A stretch of DNA of 64,000 nucleotides from an uncultured Planctomycetota bacterium (GCA_964607145.1 CAZSIX010000015.1:3014-67013); one strand, 5' to 3'. Positions 9,387-19,585 are shown, numbered from the stretch's first letter. The notes: a model not told the origin generated them from the letters alone. Made by a program: numbers and translations.

Positions 9387-10826
9387 CTACAGCAGCATCC
9401 GCGCCTTCATCTCCAGGTACCGGTCGATGACCGCCGCCGTGAGGCCCCGCGGGGAGGCGTCGAGGACGGCGACGCCGTGGCGGCGGAGGAGCGCGAGGGC
9501 CTGCTCGCGCTGCTGGAGGAGTTCCGCGGCCGCGGCCTTGCGGTAGGCGCCGTCGGCGTCCCCGGGGACGGCCCGCTCCATCGCCTCCAGCGCGAGGTCG
9601 CGCAGGGTGACGACGAGGGCGAGGTGGCGGCCCGCGGCCCGGGACGCGTGGGCGATGAGGGGGGCGGAGATCTCCGCGTCGACGACCTCGGTGAAGAGCA
9701 CGAGGAGGCTCCGCTTGCGTCCCCGGGACGCGAGCTGGCGGAAGGCGGCGCCGACGTCCGGCTCCACGAGCCTGCCCTCCGCCGCGGCGAGGATGGACGT
9801 GACGCGGTCGAGCGCGCCGCGCCCGCGGTCCGGCGGCGAGAACCCCTGCACGCGGTCGGCGTAGACGAGGGCGCCCACGCGGTCGTCGCGGGAGACCGCG
9901 ACGTGAGCGAGGACGAGCGCCGCGTTGAGCGCGTACTCCAGCCGCGGGAATCCGCGATCCACCTCGGCGGTCATGAGCCGGCCGGCGTCCACCATGAGCA
10001 CCACGGACTGGCTCCGCTCGACCTCGTAGTTGCGCGCGATGAGGCGGCCCCGGCGGGCCGTCGCCTTCCAGTCCACGCGGCGCCGATCCTCCCCGGGGAG
10101 GTGCTCCCGGAGGCTCTCGAACGCGGTGCCCGCGCCGCGGAGGCGGAGGTGGCGGTGCCCCGCCTCCCGCAGCCGCCCGCGGAGCGCGAGGAGCCGGTAG
10201 TGGGTCACCCCCGCGAGGTTCGGGAAGACCTTCCACTCGCCGGGCGCGTCGAAGGTGTACTGCCGCTGCGCGAGGCCGAGGGGACCGGAGAGGCGCAGGT
10301 GGACCTCCGCCGCGCGGAACCGTCCGCGCCGCAGCGGGACGACCTCGGTGCGGAACGGCGTGACCTCCCCCGGGGCGAGCGATGCCGGTGGGGGCCGGAG
10401 AGCCACGCCGAGGTCCGGCGGGACGTCCTCCCGGAGGAGCGCCGCGGGCACCGGCGCCGCGTCGGCGGCGAGGCGCACGGTGCACTCCAGTCCCGCGCGC
10501 GCGCCCAGCGAGAGGACGGGCCGCGGGACGCGGCGCACCTCCACCTGGCGCCGCCGCGGCAACCGCAGCGCCTCCATCAGCGCGAGGCCGAGGAGGATCC
10601 CGTCCGCCGCCGCCGCCGCACCGGCGGCCACGCGTCCCCCGAGCAGGATGAGGGGGACCGGCACGAGGAGGAGGAGGCCGAGCCGCCGCGTCGGCAGGAA
10701 CGAAAGGGCGCCCCGCCACGCCCGCCGCGGCGCGTCCCCGAGGCCGGGCGGGGCGACCGGCCCCGGCGTCCCCGTCGGCGCCGCGGCGGCCGCCGGGGGA
10801 CGGGTCCCCGCGGAGGCGACCGTCAC
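9387..10826 (-). CDS. DUF58 domain protein (vWA-like, MoxR partner)
   Basis: GTG at 10826..10824 overlaps the MoxR stop (GTGA). N-terminal TM pair, then DUF58-like core (VVLMVDAGRLM...ALVYADRVQGFSPP). The N-terminal part of ORF 9387..11993 overlaps MoxR and is rejected. Confidence 0.65.
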   Translation of the reverse strand: MTVASAGTRPPAAAAAPTGTPGPVAPPGLGDAPRRAWRGALSFLPTRRLGLLLLVPVPLILLGGRVAAGAAAAADGILLGLALMEALRLPRRRQVEVRRVPRPVLSLGARAGLECTVRLAADAAPVPAALLREDVPPDLGVALRPPPASLAPGEVTPFRTEVVPLRRGRFRAAEVHLRLSGPLGLAQRQYTFDAPGEWKVFPNLAGVTHYRLLALRGRLREAGHRHLRLRGAGTAFESLREHLPGEDRRRVDWKATARRGRLIARNYEVERSQSVVLMVDAGRLMTAEVDRGFPRLEYALNAALVLAHVAVSRDDRVGALVYADRVQGFSPPDRGRGALDRVTSILAAAEGRLVEPDVGAAFRQLASRGRKRSLLVLFTEVVDAEISAPLIAHASRAAGRHLALVVTLRDLALEAMERAVPGDADGAYRKAAAAELLQQREQALALLRRHGVAVLDASPRGLTAAVIDRYLEMKARMLL

Positions 10827-11818
10827 CCCGTCCCCCCGGACGCCGCCCTCCAGCCGCCGGGCGCCTCCGGGACCTCGACGCGATCGAGGATGCGGCCCAC
10901 GGCCCCGTCCGCGGTGTCGCCCTCGATCTCCGCCTCCGGCGTGAGCGCGATCCGGTGGCGGAGCACCGCGGGGGCGATGTCCTTCACGTCGTCCGGCGTC
11001 GCGAAGTCGCGGCCCCGCATGGCGGCCCCGGCCCGCGCCATCTTGAAAAGCGCGACCGCGGCGCGCGGGGACGCGCCCAGCGCCAGCACCCCGGGCTCGC
11101 GCGTGGCGCGGACGATGGACACCACGTAGGCGCGCACCGCCGGCTCCATGTGGATGCGGTCGACCGCGGTCCGGGCCTCCTCCACCTCGGCGGGCGCCAG
11201 CACGGGCTCGATGCCGAAGGTCTCCACGCGCTCCGCGTCGAATCCGCCGGCGTAGCGGTCGAGGATGCCCCGCTCCTCCTCCTCCGACGGGTAGCCGACG
11301 ACGACCTTCGCGAGGAAGCGATCGAGTTCCGCCTCGGGCAGCGGGTAGGTCCCCTCGTACTCCACGGGGTTCTGGGTGGCGAAGGTCGTGAAGAGCGAGG
11401 GCAGCGCGTGCTCCGTGCCGTCCACGGTGACGTGGCGCTCCTGCATCGCCTCCAGGAGCGCCGCCTGCGTCTTCGCGGGGGCCCGGTTGATCTCGTCCGC
11501 CAGCAGCAGGTCGGTGAACACGGGGCCGGCGTGGAAGCGGAACTCGTGGTCGTCGGCGTGGAAGATGTTCACGCCGGTCACGTCCGCGGGCATGAGGTCG
11601 GGCGTGAACTGGATGCGCGAGAAGCGCGCTTCGAGGGCGCGGGCGAGGGACCGCACGAGCAGGGTCTTCGCGGTCCCCGGCACGCCCTCCAGGAGCACGT
11701 GGCCCCGCGCCAGGAAGCAGGCGGTCACGTGGCGGAGCACCCGCTCCTGTCCGAGGACCACCTTCCGCAACTCCCCCAGCAGTGCCTCCGAGGCCCGTCC
11801 CACCGCTCCGACGTCCAT
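10823..11818 (-). CDS. MoxR-family AAA+ ATPase
   Basis: MDVGAVG... start at 11818 (cat 11816-11818). Walker A LLEGVPGTAKT, Walker B LLADEINRAPAKTQ. 331 aa, typical MoxR size. Confidence 0.85.
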   Translation of the reverse strand: MDVGAVGRASEALLGELRKVVLGQERVLRHVTACFLARGHVLLEGVPGTAKTLLVRSLARALEARFSRIQFTPDLMPADVTGVNIFHADDHEFRFHAGPVFTDLLLADEINRAPAKTQAALLEAMQERHVTVDGTEHALPSLFTTFATQNPVEYEGTYPLPEAELDRFLAKVVVGYPSEEEERGILDRYAGGFDAERVETFGIEPVLAPAEVEEARTAVDRIHMEPAVRAYVVSIVRATREPGVLALGASPRAAVALFKMARAGAAMRGRDFATPDDVKDIAPAVLRHRIALTPEAEIEGDTADGAVGRILDRVEVPEAPGGWRAASGGTG

Positions 11819-11977
11819 GCATTCCTCCCTCGTACACCGGAGCGGCAAGCGTACGCCGCGGCGACGGGGGAGCGCCGGAGCATTCCGCCGTCGGTGCCGG
11901 GCTCCCGCGGCCCGTCGCCCGGCCGGTGATATCCTCGCCGCACACAGCGCCCGGGGCCGGCGCCGGAGGCGGGAACC

Positions 11978-13912
11978 ATGATCCGACGCGCACGCATCGC
12001 CGGGGCCGCCGCGCTGGCGGCCTTCCTCGCGGCGGGGGTTCCGGCGGAGGGGGCGCCGGCGCCCTTCCGCATCGCCTTCGTCGGCGCGGCGTCGGGTCCC
12101 GGGGCCCGGGCCGCCGCGGAGTCGCTGGGCGGCCTCCGCCTGGCGACCTCGCTCCGCAACGTCTCCGGCGGCCTCACGGCGCAGAAGAGGACCGTGGAGG
12201 TCGTGCCCTACGACGACGGGGACTCCGCGGAGGGAGTGGCCGCGGCGCTGGATCGCGCGGCGAAGGAGAAGGTGGACGCCGTGGTGGCCGTCGCCACGGG
12301 GGTCACCGCGGAGGCGCTGGGGCAGAAGGCGCGCGCCGGACGGCTGCCGGTCCTCGTCCTCGGCACCGCGGCCCCGGCGCCGGTGCTCGACCCCGCGTCG
12401 CCCGTGCTCTCGCTGGTCCCTTCGCACGTGGATCACGCGCGCGCGCTGGCGAACCTCCTGGCGCTGCGCTCGACGAAGCCGCTGGTGGGGATCACCGGCG
12501 AGACCCGGAAGGTCGGCGTGGTGGCGGAGGACTCCGCGGCGGGACGGGCCCTCGCGGACGCCCTGGAGCGCAACCTCGGCCGCGCGCAATCCGTGGCCGC
12601 CCGCGTCCTCGTCCCGCCCCGGGGGCGGCCCGACGGCGCCGCCATCGCCGCGCTCCGTACGGCGCAGGCGGACCGCCTCGTCGTGCTCGGCGAGCCGGAC
12701 CTCCTCGACGGGCTCGCCGACGCGCTGGCGGAGGCGAAGTGGCGGATTCCCGTGCTCGGCGGCGCCGGCACGCTGTCCGACGCCGCGGGGAGCCTCCGCG
12801 ACGGCCGCCTGCGGGACGCGACCCTCGTCGCGGCGCTGCCGCAGCGGGTCCTGGAGCCGCCCACCTCGCTGGCCGCCGGCTGGGGCCGGGAGCACGAGGG
12901 GCGCCTGCCGGGCCCGCGGGCGACGCTGGGCTGGCTCGCCGCCGACCTCCTGTTCGCCGCCGTCGAGGCGCCGAAGCCGGCCAAGGGGGGGGACCTCCTC
13001 GCGGCGCTCCGCGACGTGCGCTACGGAGCCGACGAGGCCTCGATGCCGGTGTTCGACGGGGCGGGCCGCGCGGCGCTGTTCCGTTTCCTCACGTGGCGGG
13101 TGGCGGAGAAGGGGCCGGAGCCGGTCAACCGGACCTACCTCCCGTTCGACACGGCGGGGCCGCTGCTCGGGATGCACGGGGCGCCCCGCGCGGCGCCCCC
13201 GCCCGGGGGCAAGGTCGCGTGGGTGACCTTCGGCGACGAGAAGTCCCGCGATCCGCGCAGCATCGAGAAGGACCTCGTCACGCTCGGCCTCTGCGATCCC
13301 GCCGGCGGGGCGAAGGAGGTGGACGGCGCCGTCCTCGACGAACTGCTGGCCCGCACCGTCGGCAAGTTCCACCAGTTGTTCCTCAAGGAGTACGACGGCA
13401 GCGCCGTGCCGGGCGTGTCCTTCAACGTGACCTTCACGGCGACGAAGCCCGAGGGCGTCGACAAGGCGCACCTCTGGACCGTCCTCATCGCCGGCACCGG
13501 AAACCCCGCGCGCAAGGGGGGCTCCGGCTATCCCGCGGAGGGCGCGGTGACGGTCCACTCCTCATGGCTGACGAAGAACCTGCCCGCGCTGTCCCGCGGC
13601 CGGCTCTATCCCCCGCTCGGTCCCGGCGACCTCCCGTTCCTCCGCGGCGAGTACCCCTGGTCGCGCACGCTGGAGGAGAACCAGCGGGCCGACGGCACCC
13701 GCGGCCTCGTGGACGCGCTGGCCGGCGCGTTCGCCATGAAGGGCGCCAAGGAACTGGGTCTTCTCGCCGGCCTCAGCCTCGAGCACGGCGACGACATCCG
13801 CTCCATCATGAACGTGAACGGCGGCGAGGGTCTCCGGGAGACGAACGTGTACTACACGCCCAGGGAGGCGAAGATCCTGGAGCGCACCCTCGGCCGGGTC
13901 GCCGCGCGGTAG
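11978..13912 (+). CDS. Periplasmic solute-binding protein (type I PBP / branched-chain amino acid-binding family) with C-terminal extension
   Basis: Signal peptide MIRRARIAGAAALAAFLAAGVPAEG, then Peripla_BP_6-like architecture (FRIAFVGAASGPG...). Divergent from MoxR. Confidence 0.6.
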   Translation: MIRRARIAGAAALAAFLAAGVPAEGAPAPFRIAFVGAASGPGARAAAESLGGLRLATSLRNVSGGLTAQKRTVEVVPYDDGDSAEGVAAALDRAAKEKVDAVVAVATGVTAEALGQKARAGRLPVLVLGTAAPAPVLDPASPVLSLVPSHVDHARALANLLALRSTKPLVGITGETRKVGVVAEDSAAGRALADALERNLGRAQSVAARVLVPPRGRPDGAAIAALRTAQADRLVVLGEPDLLDGLADALAEAKWRIPVLGGAGTLSDAAGSLRDGRLRDATLVAALPQRVLEPPTSLAAGWGREHEGRLPGPRATLGWLAADLLFAAVEAPKPAKGGDLLAALRDVRYGADEASMPVFDGAGRAALFRFLTWRVAEKGPEPVNRTYLPFDTAGPLLGMHGAPRAAPPPGGKVAWVTFGDEKSRDPRSIEKDLVTLGLCDPAGGAKEVDGAVLDELLARTVGKFHQLFLKEYDGSAVPGVSFNVTFTATKPEGVDKAHLWTVLIAGTGNPARKGGSGYPAEGAVTVHSSWLTKNLPALSRGRLYPPLGPGDLPFLRGEYPWSRTLEENQRADGTRGLVDALAGAFAMKGAKELGLLAGLSLEHGDDIRSIMNVNGGEGLRETNVYYTPREAKILERTLGRVAAR

Positions 13913-14013
13913 ACGCGCGCGGTTCGCGTGTCGCCGGGTCCCGTGCGCGCGCCGGCCGGCGGCGGGCCGCGAGGAGACGGAAGGAATCCCGTGGGGCGCG
14001 CGAGCGCGTGCCC

Positions 14014-15228
14014 CTACGCGGCCCCGGTGCCGAGGGCGCGTTCGACGTCCCGGGCGGCGCGCTCCAGGCGGCTGTCGGCCCGGCGACCGCCGGCGGGCAC
14101 GGTGGCGAGGTCGTCGAGGGCGTCGGCGAGCCGCACCGCGGCGGGGACGCGGCGACCCCGGAGGCGGGCGGAGAACTCCGCGGGGTCCAGCGTGTAGGGG
14201 ATGCCGAACCGCGGTCCCGCCCGGCGGCGGGCCGCGTGGGCCAGGGTCTCCGCCGCCAGCGCGGAACCGCCGGAGGCGCGGTACGCGGCGCCCAGGGCCT
14301 CGGCGGCCTCGGTGCCCGAGCGCCGGCGCGCCCGCGGCGCGGGGAGCGGCGCGCCGAAGCGCCGCCCCGAGAGGTAGAGGAGCAGTGCCGCGGCCAGCCC
14401 CGCCTGCAGCAGCGCCCACCCGACGCCGGACGCCGCCAGCGCGCCCGCCAGCCGCGCCGCCGCGTCCCCCTCGTCGCCGTACCCCTGGTGGCGCTCGTCG
14501 ATGAGGATGGCGCCCCGCGGGTCCGCCGGCGCCGCCAGCCGCACGAGCAGCAGCGCGTTGTCCGGGTGGCGCACGAGGCGGTTCGTGAGGAACGTGTCGT
14601 CGGCGAACACGATGGCGCGCCCCCGCCCCCGGCGGATCTCCGCCGCCACCGTGCCGAACCGGTTCCGCACGAGGGGAAGGAAGTTCGCGAAGTGGACGCC
14701 GTCGCCGTCCAGCACGCGCCCCCCCTGGAACCGCAGCGAGGGAGACTCGCGGCCGAGGGGACCGAGGGTCTCCACGAGGTACTGGGTCGTGGGTGTGCGC
14801 CGCACGCGGAGGCCGAGTTCGTGGGCGATGCCGGCGTCCGACCCGTCCCGCCCGTCGGACACCGTCGGCGCGAGCCGGCCCCCGCCGAGCGTCAGGAGGA
14901 GCGTCCCGCCGGCCTCCACCCACGCGACGACGCCGCGCGCCTCGTCCGCCCCCAGCGGGATGGGGGGAGAGAGCAGGAGCAGCGTGCGCGCGTCCGGCGG
15001 GAGGGAGCGGAGGCTCGCCCGGTTCCGCCGCACGACGTACCCCAGTTCGTCCAGCGCGTGGTGGAGGACGCGCGTGCCCGTCGGCGTGGCGAGGAAGGAG
15101 GATCGGCGGACCTCGAAGGGATCCGCGCCGCGCCGGCCCGCCGTGCCCAGCACGATGACGCCGCCCACGAGCAGCAGGAGCAGCAGCGCGGCCACGAGGC
15201 TCCCGGCGCGCCCTCCGCGCGCCTTCAC
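14014..15228 (-). CDS. DUF4350 domain protein
   Basis: GTG at 15228..15226 overlapping the upstream stop (GTGA). N-terminal TM (LVAALLLLLLVGGVIVLG), then the DUF4350-like region. ORF 13562..14923 in another frame is rejected. Confidence 0.6.
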   Translation of the reverse strand: MKARGGRAGSLVAALLLLLLVGGVIVLGTAGRRGADPFEVRRSSFLATPTGTRVLHHALDELGYVVRRNRASLRSLPPDARTLLLLSPPIPLGADEARGVVAWVEAGGTLLLTLGGGRLAPTVSDGRDGSDAGIAHELGLRVRRTPTTQYLVETLGPLGRESPSLRFQGGRVLDGDGVHFANFLPLVRNRFGTVAAEIRRGRGRAIVFADDTFLTNRLVRHPDNALLLVRLAAPADPRGAILIDERHQGYGDEGDAAARLAGALAASGVGWALLQAGLAAALLLYLSGRRFGAPLPAPRARRRSGTEAAEALGAAYRASGGSALAAETLAHAARRRAGPRFGIPYTLDPAEFSARLRGRRVPAAVRLADALDDLATVPAGGRRADSRLERAARDVERALGTGAA

Positions 15229-15977
15229 GCCCGCCCCCCGCCCGCGGGTTCCACCGGCTCCGCCGCCGCCGCGCGCATCCGCGCGAGCGCGTCGTCCCCG
15301 CACGGCCGGCCCCCGAACACGACCGGGTCGTGGTCCCCGAGGAAGGCGAGCCAGCGGGCGCGGCGCGGTCCGTGCCGCGCCAGCGCGTCGGCGTACTCCA
15401 GCGCCGAACGGGCGGGGTCGAACTCGACCAGCCCGGCCCGCTCCATGCGGAACAGCAGCGCGAGGTAGAGCCACGCGACGGCCTCGCGACGGTCCCCGGA
15501 CCCCAGCGCCGCCTCGGCGCGGCGCAGCATCCGCTCCGGATCCCGACCCGCGCGGGACGCCAGCGCGGGGTCGTCCATGGGTCCCCCCCGCCGCGCGCTG
15601 GCGGTCCCCGCGGCGCCGCCCCGCCACACCGTCCACGCCAGGTGGCCGAGGATGGCGAGCACGGTGAGCGTGAGCCACGAGATGAGCGTCACGTAGATGA
15701 CCGGGTCCGTGCGGCGGAGGTCCTTCACGGAGTCCAGGAAGTCCGAGAGCATGTTCGCCAGCGCCAGGAGGAGGCCCTCCTCCTCCTCCTCGCTGCCCTC
15801 GAACTCCGGGCGGTTGACGATGTCGAGCACCGTCTCCACGACCTCGCGCCGCGTGGGCGGATCCTCCCGGCCGTCGCCCGCGACGGCCCGATCCGCGAGC
15901 AGCGCCGCCGCGCCGACGGCGAGCAGCAGCAGCGCGCGGCGGACGCGAGCCGCGAGCCGGGCGATCGGGTTCCTCAC
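15225..15977 (-). CDS. DUF4129 domain protein
   Basis: GTG AGG AAC CCG ATC (VRNPIARL) verified at 15977..15954, overlapping the upstream stop (GTGA). TM, acidic linker, then DUF4129-like C-terminal region. Confidence 0.6.
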   Translation of the reverse strand: MRNPIARLAARVRRALLLLAVGAAALLADRAVAGDGREDPPTRREVVETVLDIVNRPEFEGSEEEEEGLLLALANMLSDFLDSVKDLRRTDPVIYVTLISWLTLTVLAILGHLAWTVWRGGAAGTASARRGGPMDDPALASRAGRDPERMLRRAEAALGSGDRREAVAWLYLALLFRMERAGLVEFDPARSALEYADALARHGPRRARWLAFLGDHDPVVFGGRPCGDDALARMRAAAAEPVEPAGGGRA

Positions 15978-16786
15978 GGCTCGCTCCCCAGTTCGTCCGC
16001 CATCCGCCGCAGGTCGAGCCCCTCGCGCCGCACGCGGAGGTCGTAGTACAGGAGCACCGTCGAGATGGCGTCCACGGGTGCGGCCACCAGGGTGAGGACC
16101 TGCGCCGCCAGGAACCGGGAGTCCCCGGGGATGCCCAGGGAGTCGGCCACGACCAGGCCCACCGCCATGCAGACGAGCAGGAACAGCGCGATGAGCAGCC
16201 GCACCGCGGTGACGCGTCCCAGGTTCCCGGACGCGAGCGTGTACGAGCGGCGGAGGCCGTCCACGACCCCCCGCTCCTCCAGCACGACGGCGGGGACCGC
16301 GGCGAAGGACACCAGGAACGCCAGCACGCCGGGCACCACGAAGAACAGGAACCCCGCGATGGAGGCGAACGCCACCACGAGCGAGGCACCGAGCAGCGGG
16401 AGGAGGCGGCGGAAGGCGCGCGCGTAGGACTCCGCCACGCCCACGGTCTCGCCCACGCAGGCGCGGCCCACCAGGTAACAGAGCGCTCCCGTGCTCACGT
16501 GCGTCGCCGCCAGCGAGAGGAACGCCACGGGCAGCACCACGAAGATGGTGTACGTCAGGCCCTCCGTGAGCAGGACGGCGTCGGTGCCCGCGGTCTCGAT
16601 CTTCCTCCACGCGGTCTGCGAGACGAGGGTGTTGACGATGGTCACCGGCAGCTGCACCAGCGCCATGGCCACGAAGCAGGCCACGAAGCGCCTCCGGTAG
16701 AAGACGAAGGAGGCATCGAGGACCTCCTCCACGCCCCCCAGTCGCAGCGACGTCAGCGCCGCCGCAGGCGCCTCGCCGGGGTTCAC
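15974..16786 (-). CDS. Integral membrane protein (6-7 TM) in the DUF4129/DUF4350 operon
   Basis: GTGA overlap with the DUF885 gene. Highly hydrophobic sequence, unlike the alternative frames. Confidence 0.55.
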   Translation of the reverse strand: MNPGEAPAAALTSLRLGGVEEVLDASFVFYRRRFVACFVAMALVQLPVTIVNTLVSQTAWRKIETAGTDAVLLTEGLTYTIFVVLPVAFLSLAATHVSTGALCYLVGRACVGETVGVAESYARAFRRLLPLLGASLVVAFASIAGFLFFVVPGVLAFLVSFAAVPAVVLEERGVVDGLRRSYTLASGNLGRVTAVRLLIALFLLVCMAVGLVVADSLGIPGDSRFLAAQVLTLVAAPVDAISTVLLYYDLRVRREGLDLRRMADELGSEP

Positions 16787-18498
16787 GCGTCGCGCGCGGC
16801 GGCCCCGCCCCCGCGGGCGGCCCAGGACCGCACGACGTCCCCGAGCACGGACAGCGGGAGCGCCCCGTGGCGGAGGACCTCGTCGTGGAACGCGCGGAGG
16901 TCGAACGCGTCGCCCAGCGCGGCCCGCGCCTCCTCGCGCAGTCCGTGGATCGTGCGGTGGCCGATCTTGTACGCCAGCGCCTGGCCGGGCCAGACGATGT
17001 AGCGGTCGATCTCGTTCTGCACGTCGGCGTCGGGGCCCACCTTGATGGAGCGGAGCAGTTCCACCGCGCGATCCCTCGTCCAGCCGAGGTGGTGCATGCC
17101 CGTGTCCACGACGAGTCGCGCGGCGCGCCACGCCTGGCCCAGGAGCATGCCCACGCGATCCTCGTCCGTGCTGAACATGCCCATCTCGTCGGCGAGGCGC
17201 TCCGAGTAGTGCGCCCATCCCTCCACGTAGGCCGTGGGCAGCGCGTGGCGACGGAGCGCGGGGAGGTCGGGCCGCTCCTGCGCGATGGCGATCTGCAGGT
17301 GGTGGCCGGGCACCGCCTCGTGGTAGGTGAGCGTCTCCATCTCGAAGGTCGGCCAGGACGGCGGGTCGTGCAGGTTGGCGAAGAACGTCCCCGGCCGCGA
17401 GCCGTCCTGCGACGGCGGGTAGTAGTACGCCGCGGGGGCGTCCTTCTCCTTGTACGCGGGCAGCGGCTCGATGCGGCACCGCCCCGCGGGGAGCAGCCCG
17501 AACGCGCGGGGCAGGGCCGCCTCCATGCGGGCGAGGATGGCGCCGTAGCGCTCCAGCAGCGCCTCCCGGGTCGCGAGGCGGTACCGCCCATCGGAGGAGA
17601 GCGCGTCGAGGTAGGTCCGGAGGTCCCCCCCGTGGCCGCGGCGGCGCGCCACCTCGAGGATCTCCGCGCGGTTTCGCTCCAGTTCCTCCAGGCCGATGGC
17701 GTGGATGGCGTCGGGCGACAGGTCGGTGGTCGTCTCCACGCGCACGCGGAAGGCGTAGGCCTCGCGTCCGCCGGGCACCGCGTGCACGCCGACCGTCTCC
17801 CGCGCGTGCCCCGCGTACTCGCGCCGGAGGAAGTCGCGGAGCCGCGCGTAGGCGGGGAACACGCTGCGCTCGACGGCGCCCATGAGGTCCGCGGCCAGGG
17901 CCTCGCGCGCCGGCGACGGCAGCGTGGCGGGGATGCCGGAGAGCGGGCGGCCGAAGGGCGTGTCCGCGGGCGGCGTGCGGAGGAACGTCTCCAGTTGCGC
18001 GGTCACGCGGTCGAACGCCACGCGGGGCGCGGTGCGCCCGTGGGCGAGGCCGTCGCGCAGGTCCGCCATCCACTGATCCATCGCGGCGGGCACGGCCTCG
18101 TAGCGGGCGAGGAGATCGCGGAGGCCCTTCTCGTCCTCCTTCGGGTGGAACGCCACGACGTCCTGCAGTTCCACGTGGACGCCGTTGAGCGGGTTCAGAT
18201 CCCACTCCCACGAGAGGTGATCGAGGGACTCGATGTCCTCCGCGAGGGAGCGGCGGAGGATGGCGCGCGTGATGGCGTCCTCGGGGCCGTCCGCGGCCGC
18301 GGGCGCGGCCTCCAGTCGCGCGAGGAACGAGCGGGAGGCGTCTCCGCGCCGCTCCCGCGCGGCGGGCCCGCGCTCCTCCAGCAGGTGGTCGTACCGGTGG
18401 TCCCCCAGGAACGTGGCCCACCACGGGGACTCGCGCATCCGGAACTCCCAGACCTCGTCGGCGAGGGCGCGGACGGGCGACGGCGCGGCGTTTTCCAT
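16783..18498 (-). CDS. DUF885 family protein (putative metallopeptidase-like, HExxH/PGHH motif)
   Basis: Start MENAAPSP at 18498 (cat 18496-18498). LTYHEAVPGHHLQIAIAQE motif. 571 aa. Confidence 0.7.
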   Translation of the reverse strand: MENAAPSPVRALADEVWEFRMRESPWWATFLGDHRYDHLLEERGPAARERRGDASRSFLARLEAAPAAADGPEDAITRAILRRSLAEDIESLDHLSWEWDLNPLNGVHVELQDVVAFHPKEDEKGLRDLLARYEAVPAAMDQWMADLRDGLAHGRTAPRVAFDRVTAQLETFLRTPPADTPFGRPLSGIPATLPSPAREALAADLMGAVERSVFPAYARLRDFLRREYAGHARETVGVHAVPGGREAYAFRVRVETTTDLSPDAIHAIGLEELERNRAEILEVARRRGHGGDLRTYLDALSSDGRYRLATREALLERYGAILARMEAALPRAFGLLPAGRCRIEPLPAYKEKDAPAAYYYPPSQDGSRPGTFFANLHDPPSWPTFEMETLTYHEAVPGHHLQIAIAQERPDLPALRRHALPTAYVEGWAHYSERLADEMGMFSTDEDRVGMLLGQAWRAARLVVDTGMHHLGWTRDRAVELLRSIKVGPDADVQNEIDRYIVWPGQALAYKIGHRTIHGLREEARAALGDAFDLRAFHDEVLRHGALPLSVLGDVVRSWAARGGGAAARDA

Positions 18499-18571
18499 GC
18501 CTGCGATCTCCGGGGCCGACGCGCATGATAGCGGGAGGCGGCGCCGCCGGCCCGTCGCCCGGGAGGGATCC

Positions 18572-18742
18572 ATGGACGAAGACGGGGACTGGGAGGAGAT
18601 CACCGCGGGGAAGAGCCCCCACCACGGACACCTCGAGAGCACCCACCGGCTGCGCGTGCCGGGCGGCTACATCTACCGCGTGCTCGTGGAGGGCGCCGAT
18701 CGCACGGCGGTGTCGCTGGTGTTCGTGCCGGACCCGAAGTAG
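18572..18742 (+). CDS. Small hypothetical protein (56 aa)
   Basis: Strong SD GGGAGGG 5 nt before ATG 18572. Sequence MDEDGDWEEITAGKSPHHGHLESTHRLRVPGGYIYRVLVEG... is not low-complexity. Confidence 0.45.
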   Translation: MDEDGDWEEITAGKSPHHGHLESTHRLRVPGGYIYRVLVEGADRTAVSLVFVPDPK

Positions 18743-18772
18743 GCGGTCGCCCCGCCCGCGGCGGAGCGGCGG

Positions 18773-19585
18773 CTACCCGGCCGTCGGCGCCAGCCGCGCC
18801 GCCAGCCACTCCCGCAGGGTCGCGAAGAACGGCTCCCGCGCGGCGCGCTCGATCCACGGGTAGTGCCCGCAGCGCGGCCACTCCCTGTACTCCAGCCGCG
18901 GGAGGTGGGGGAGCAGGGAGTCCCGCACCATGGCCCCGGGGTGGGGATCGTCGGCCCCGTGGAGCATGAGGACCGGCGCGGTGATCGCGGCGAACGCGGC
19001 CGGATAGACGCCGGAGCGCTGGAGCCGCAGCATGTCCGACCAGGTCTCCCGGTTCGCCCGGTCGCTGCACCGCCGGCAGCCCAGGTCCGTCGTGACCGGG
19101 TCCACGGCGTAGGCCGGGAGCAGCAGGTCGCCCAGCCGCCGGAGGCGCTCGTCGGGGTCGGCCACCTCGCCGGCCAGGGCCGCCGCGCGGCGCCGGTCCC
19201 CGTCGCTTCGTCGCGCGTCCAGCGCCCGCAGGAACGCCGCCCGCGAACGCGCGTCGAAGGTCCCGCAGCCCACCAGCACCAGCGGCGTCGCGGGAACCGG
19301 GTGGGCCGCCGCCCACGCCAGCGCCAGCATCGCGCCCCACGACGAGCCCACCACCGCCCGCGGTCCCGGCCCCGCCACCTCCTCCAGGAACTCCCGCAGA
19401 TCCTCCACGTGGCGCGCCACCGTGAGCGGCTCCGCCCCGCCGTCCCGCTGGAACGGTTCCAGCACCCGGAACCGATCCGCCAGCCCCGCCGCCACTCCCC
19501 CCATCACCCCCGGCGCCCCGGGACCCCCGTGGAGCAGGACGACCGTGGGGCCGGAGGTGCCGTGGATGCGGTGGGGGAGGGTCAC
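18773..19585 (-). CDS. Alpha/beta hydrolase fold protein
   Basis: HGGPG oxyanion motif (VVLLHGGPGAPG) and nucleophile elbow GSSWGA. GTG start overlapping the upstream stop (GTGA). Confidence 0.7.
   Translation of the reverse strand: MTLPHRIHGTSGPTVVLLHGGPGAPGVMGGVAAGLADRFRVLEPFQRDGGAEPLTVARHVEDLREFLEEVAGPGPRAVVGSSWGAMLALAWAAAHPVPATPLVLVGCGTFDARSRAAFLRALDARRSDGDRRRAAALAGEVADPDERLRRLGDLLLPAYAVDPVTTDLGCRRCSDRANRETWSDMLRLQRSGVYPAAFAAITAPVLMLHGADDPHPGAMVRDSLLPHLPRLEYREWPRCGHYPWIERAAREPFFATLREWLAARLAPTAG

Noticed and set aside
9387-11993. 868-aa ORF as a single DUF58 gene
   Set aside because: The N-terminal 390 aa overlap the well-supported MoxR gene in a different frame. DUF58 is called from the GTG at 10826.
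13562-14923. 453-aa minus ORF
   Set aside because: It overlaps the DUF4350 gene in another frame and has Arg/Pro/Gly-rich composition.
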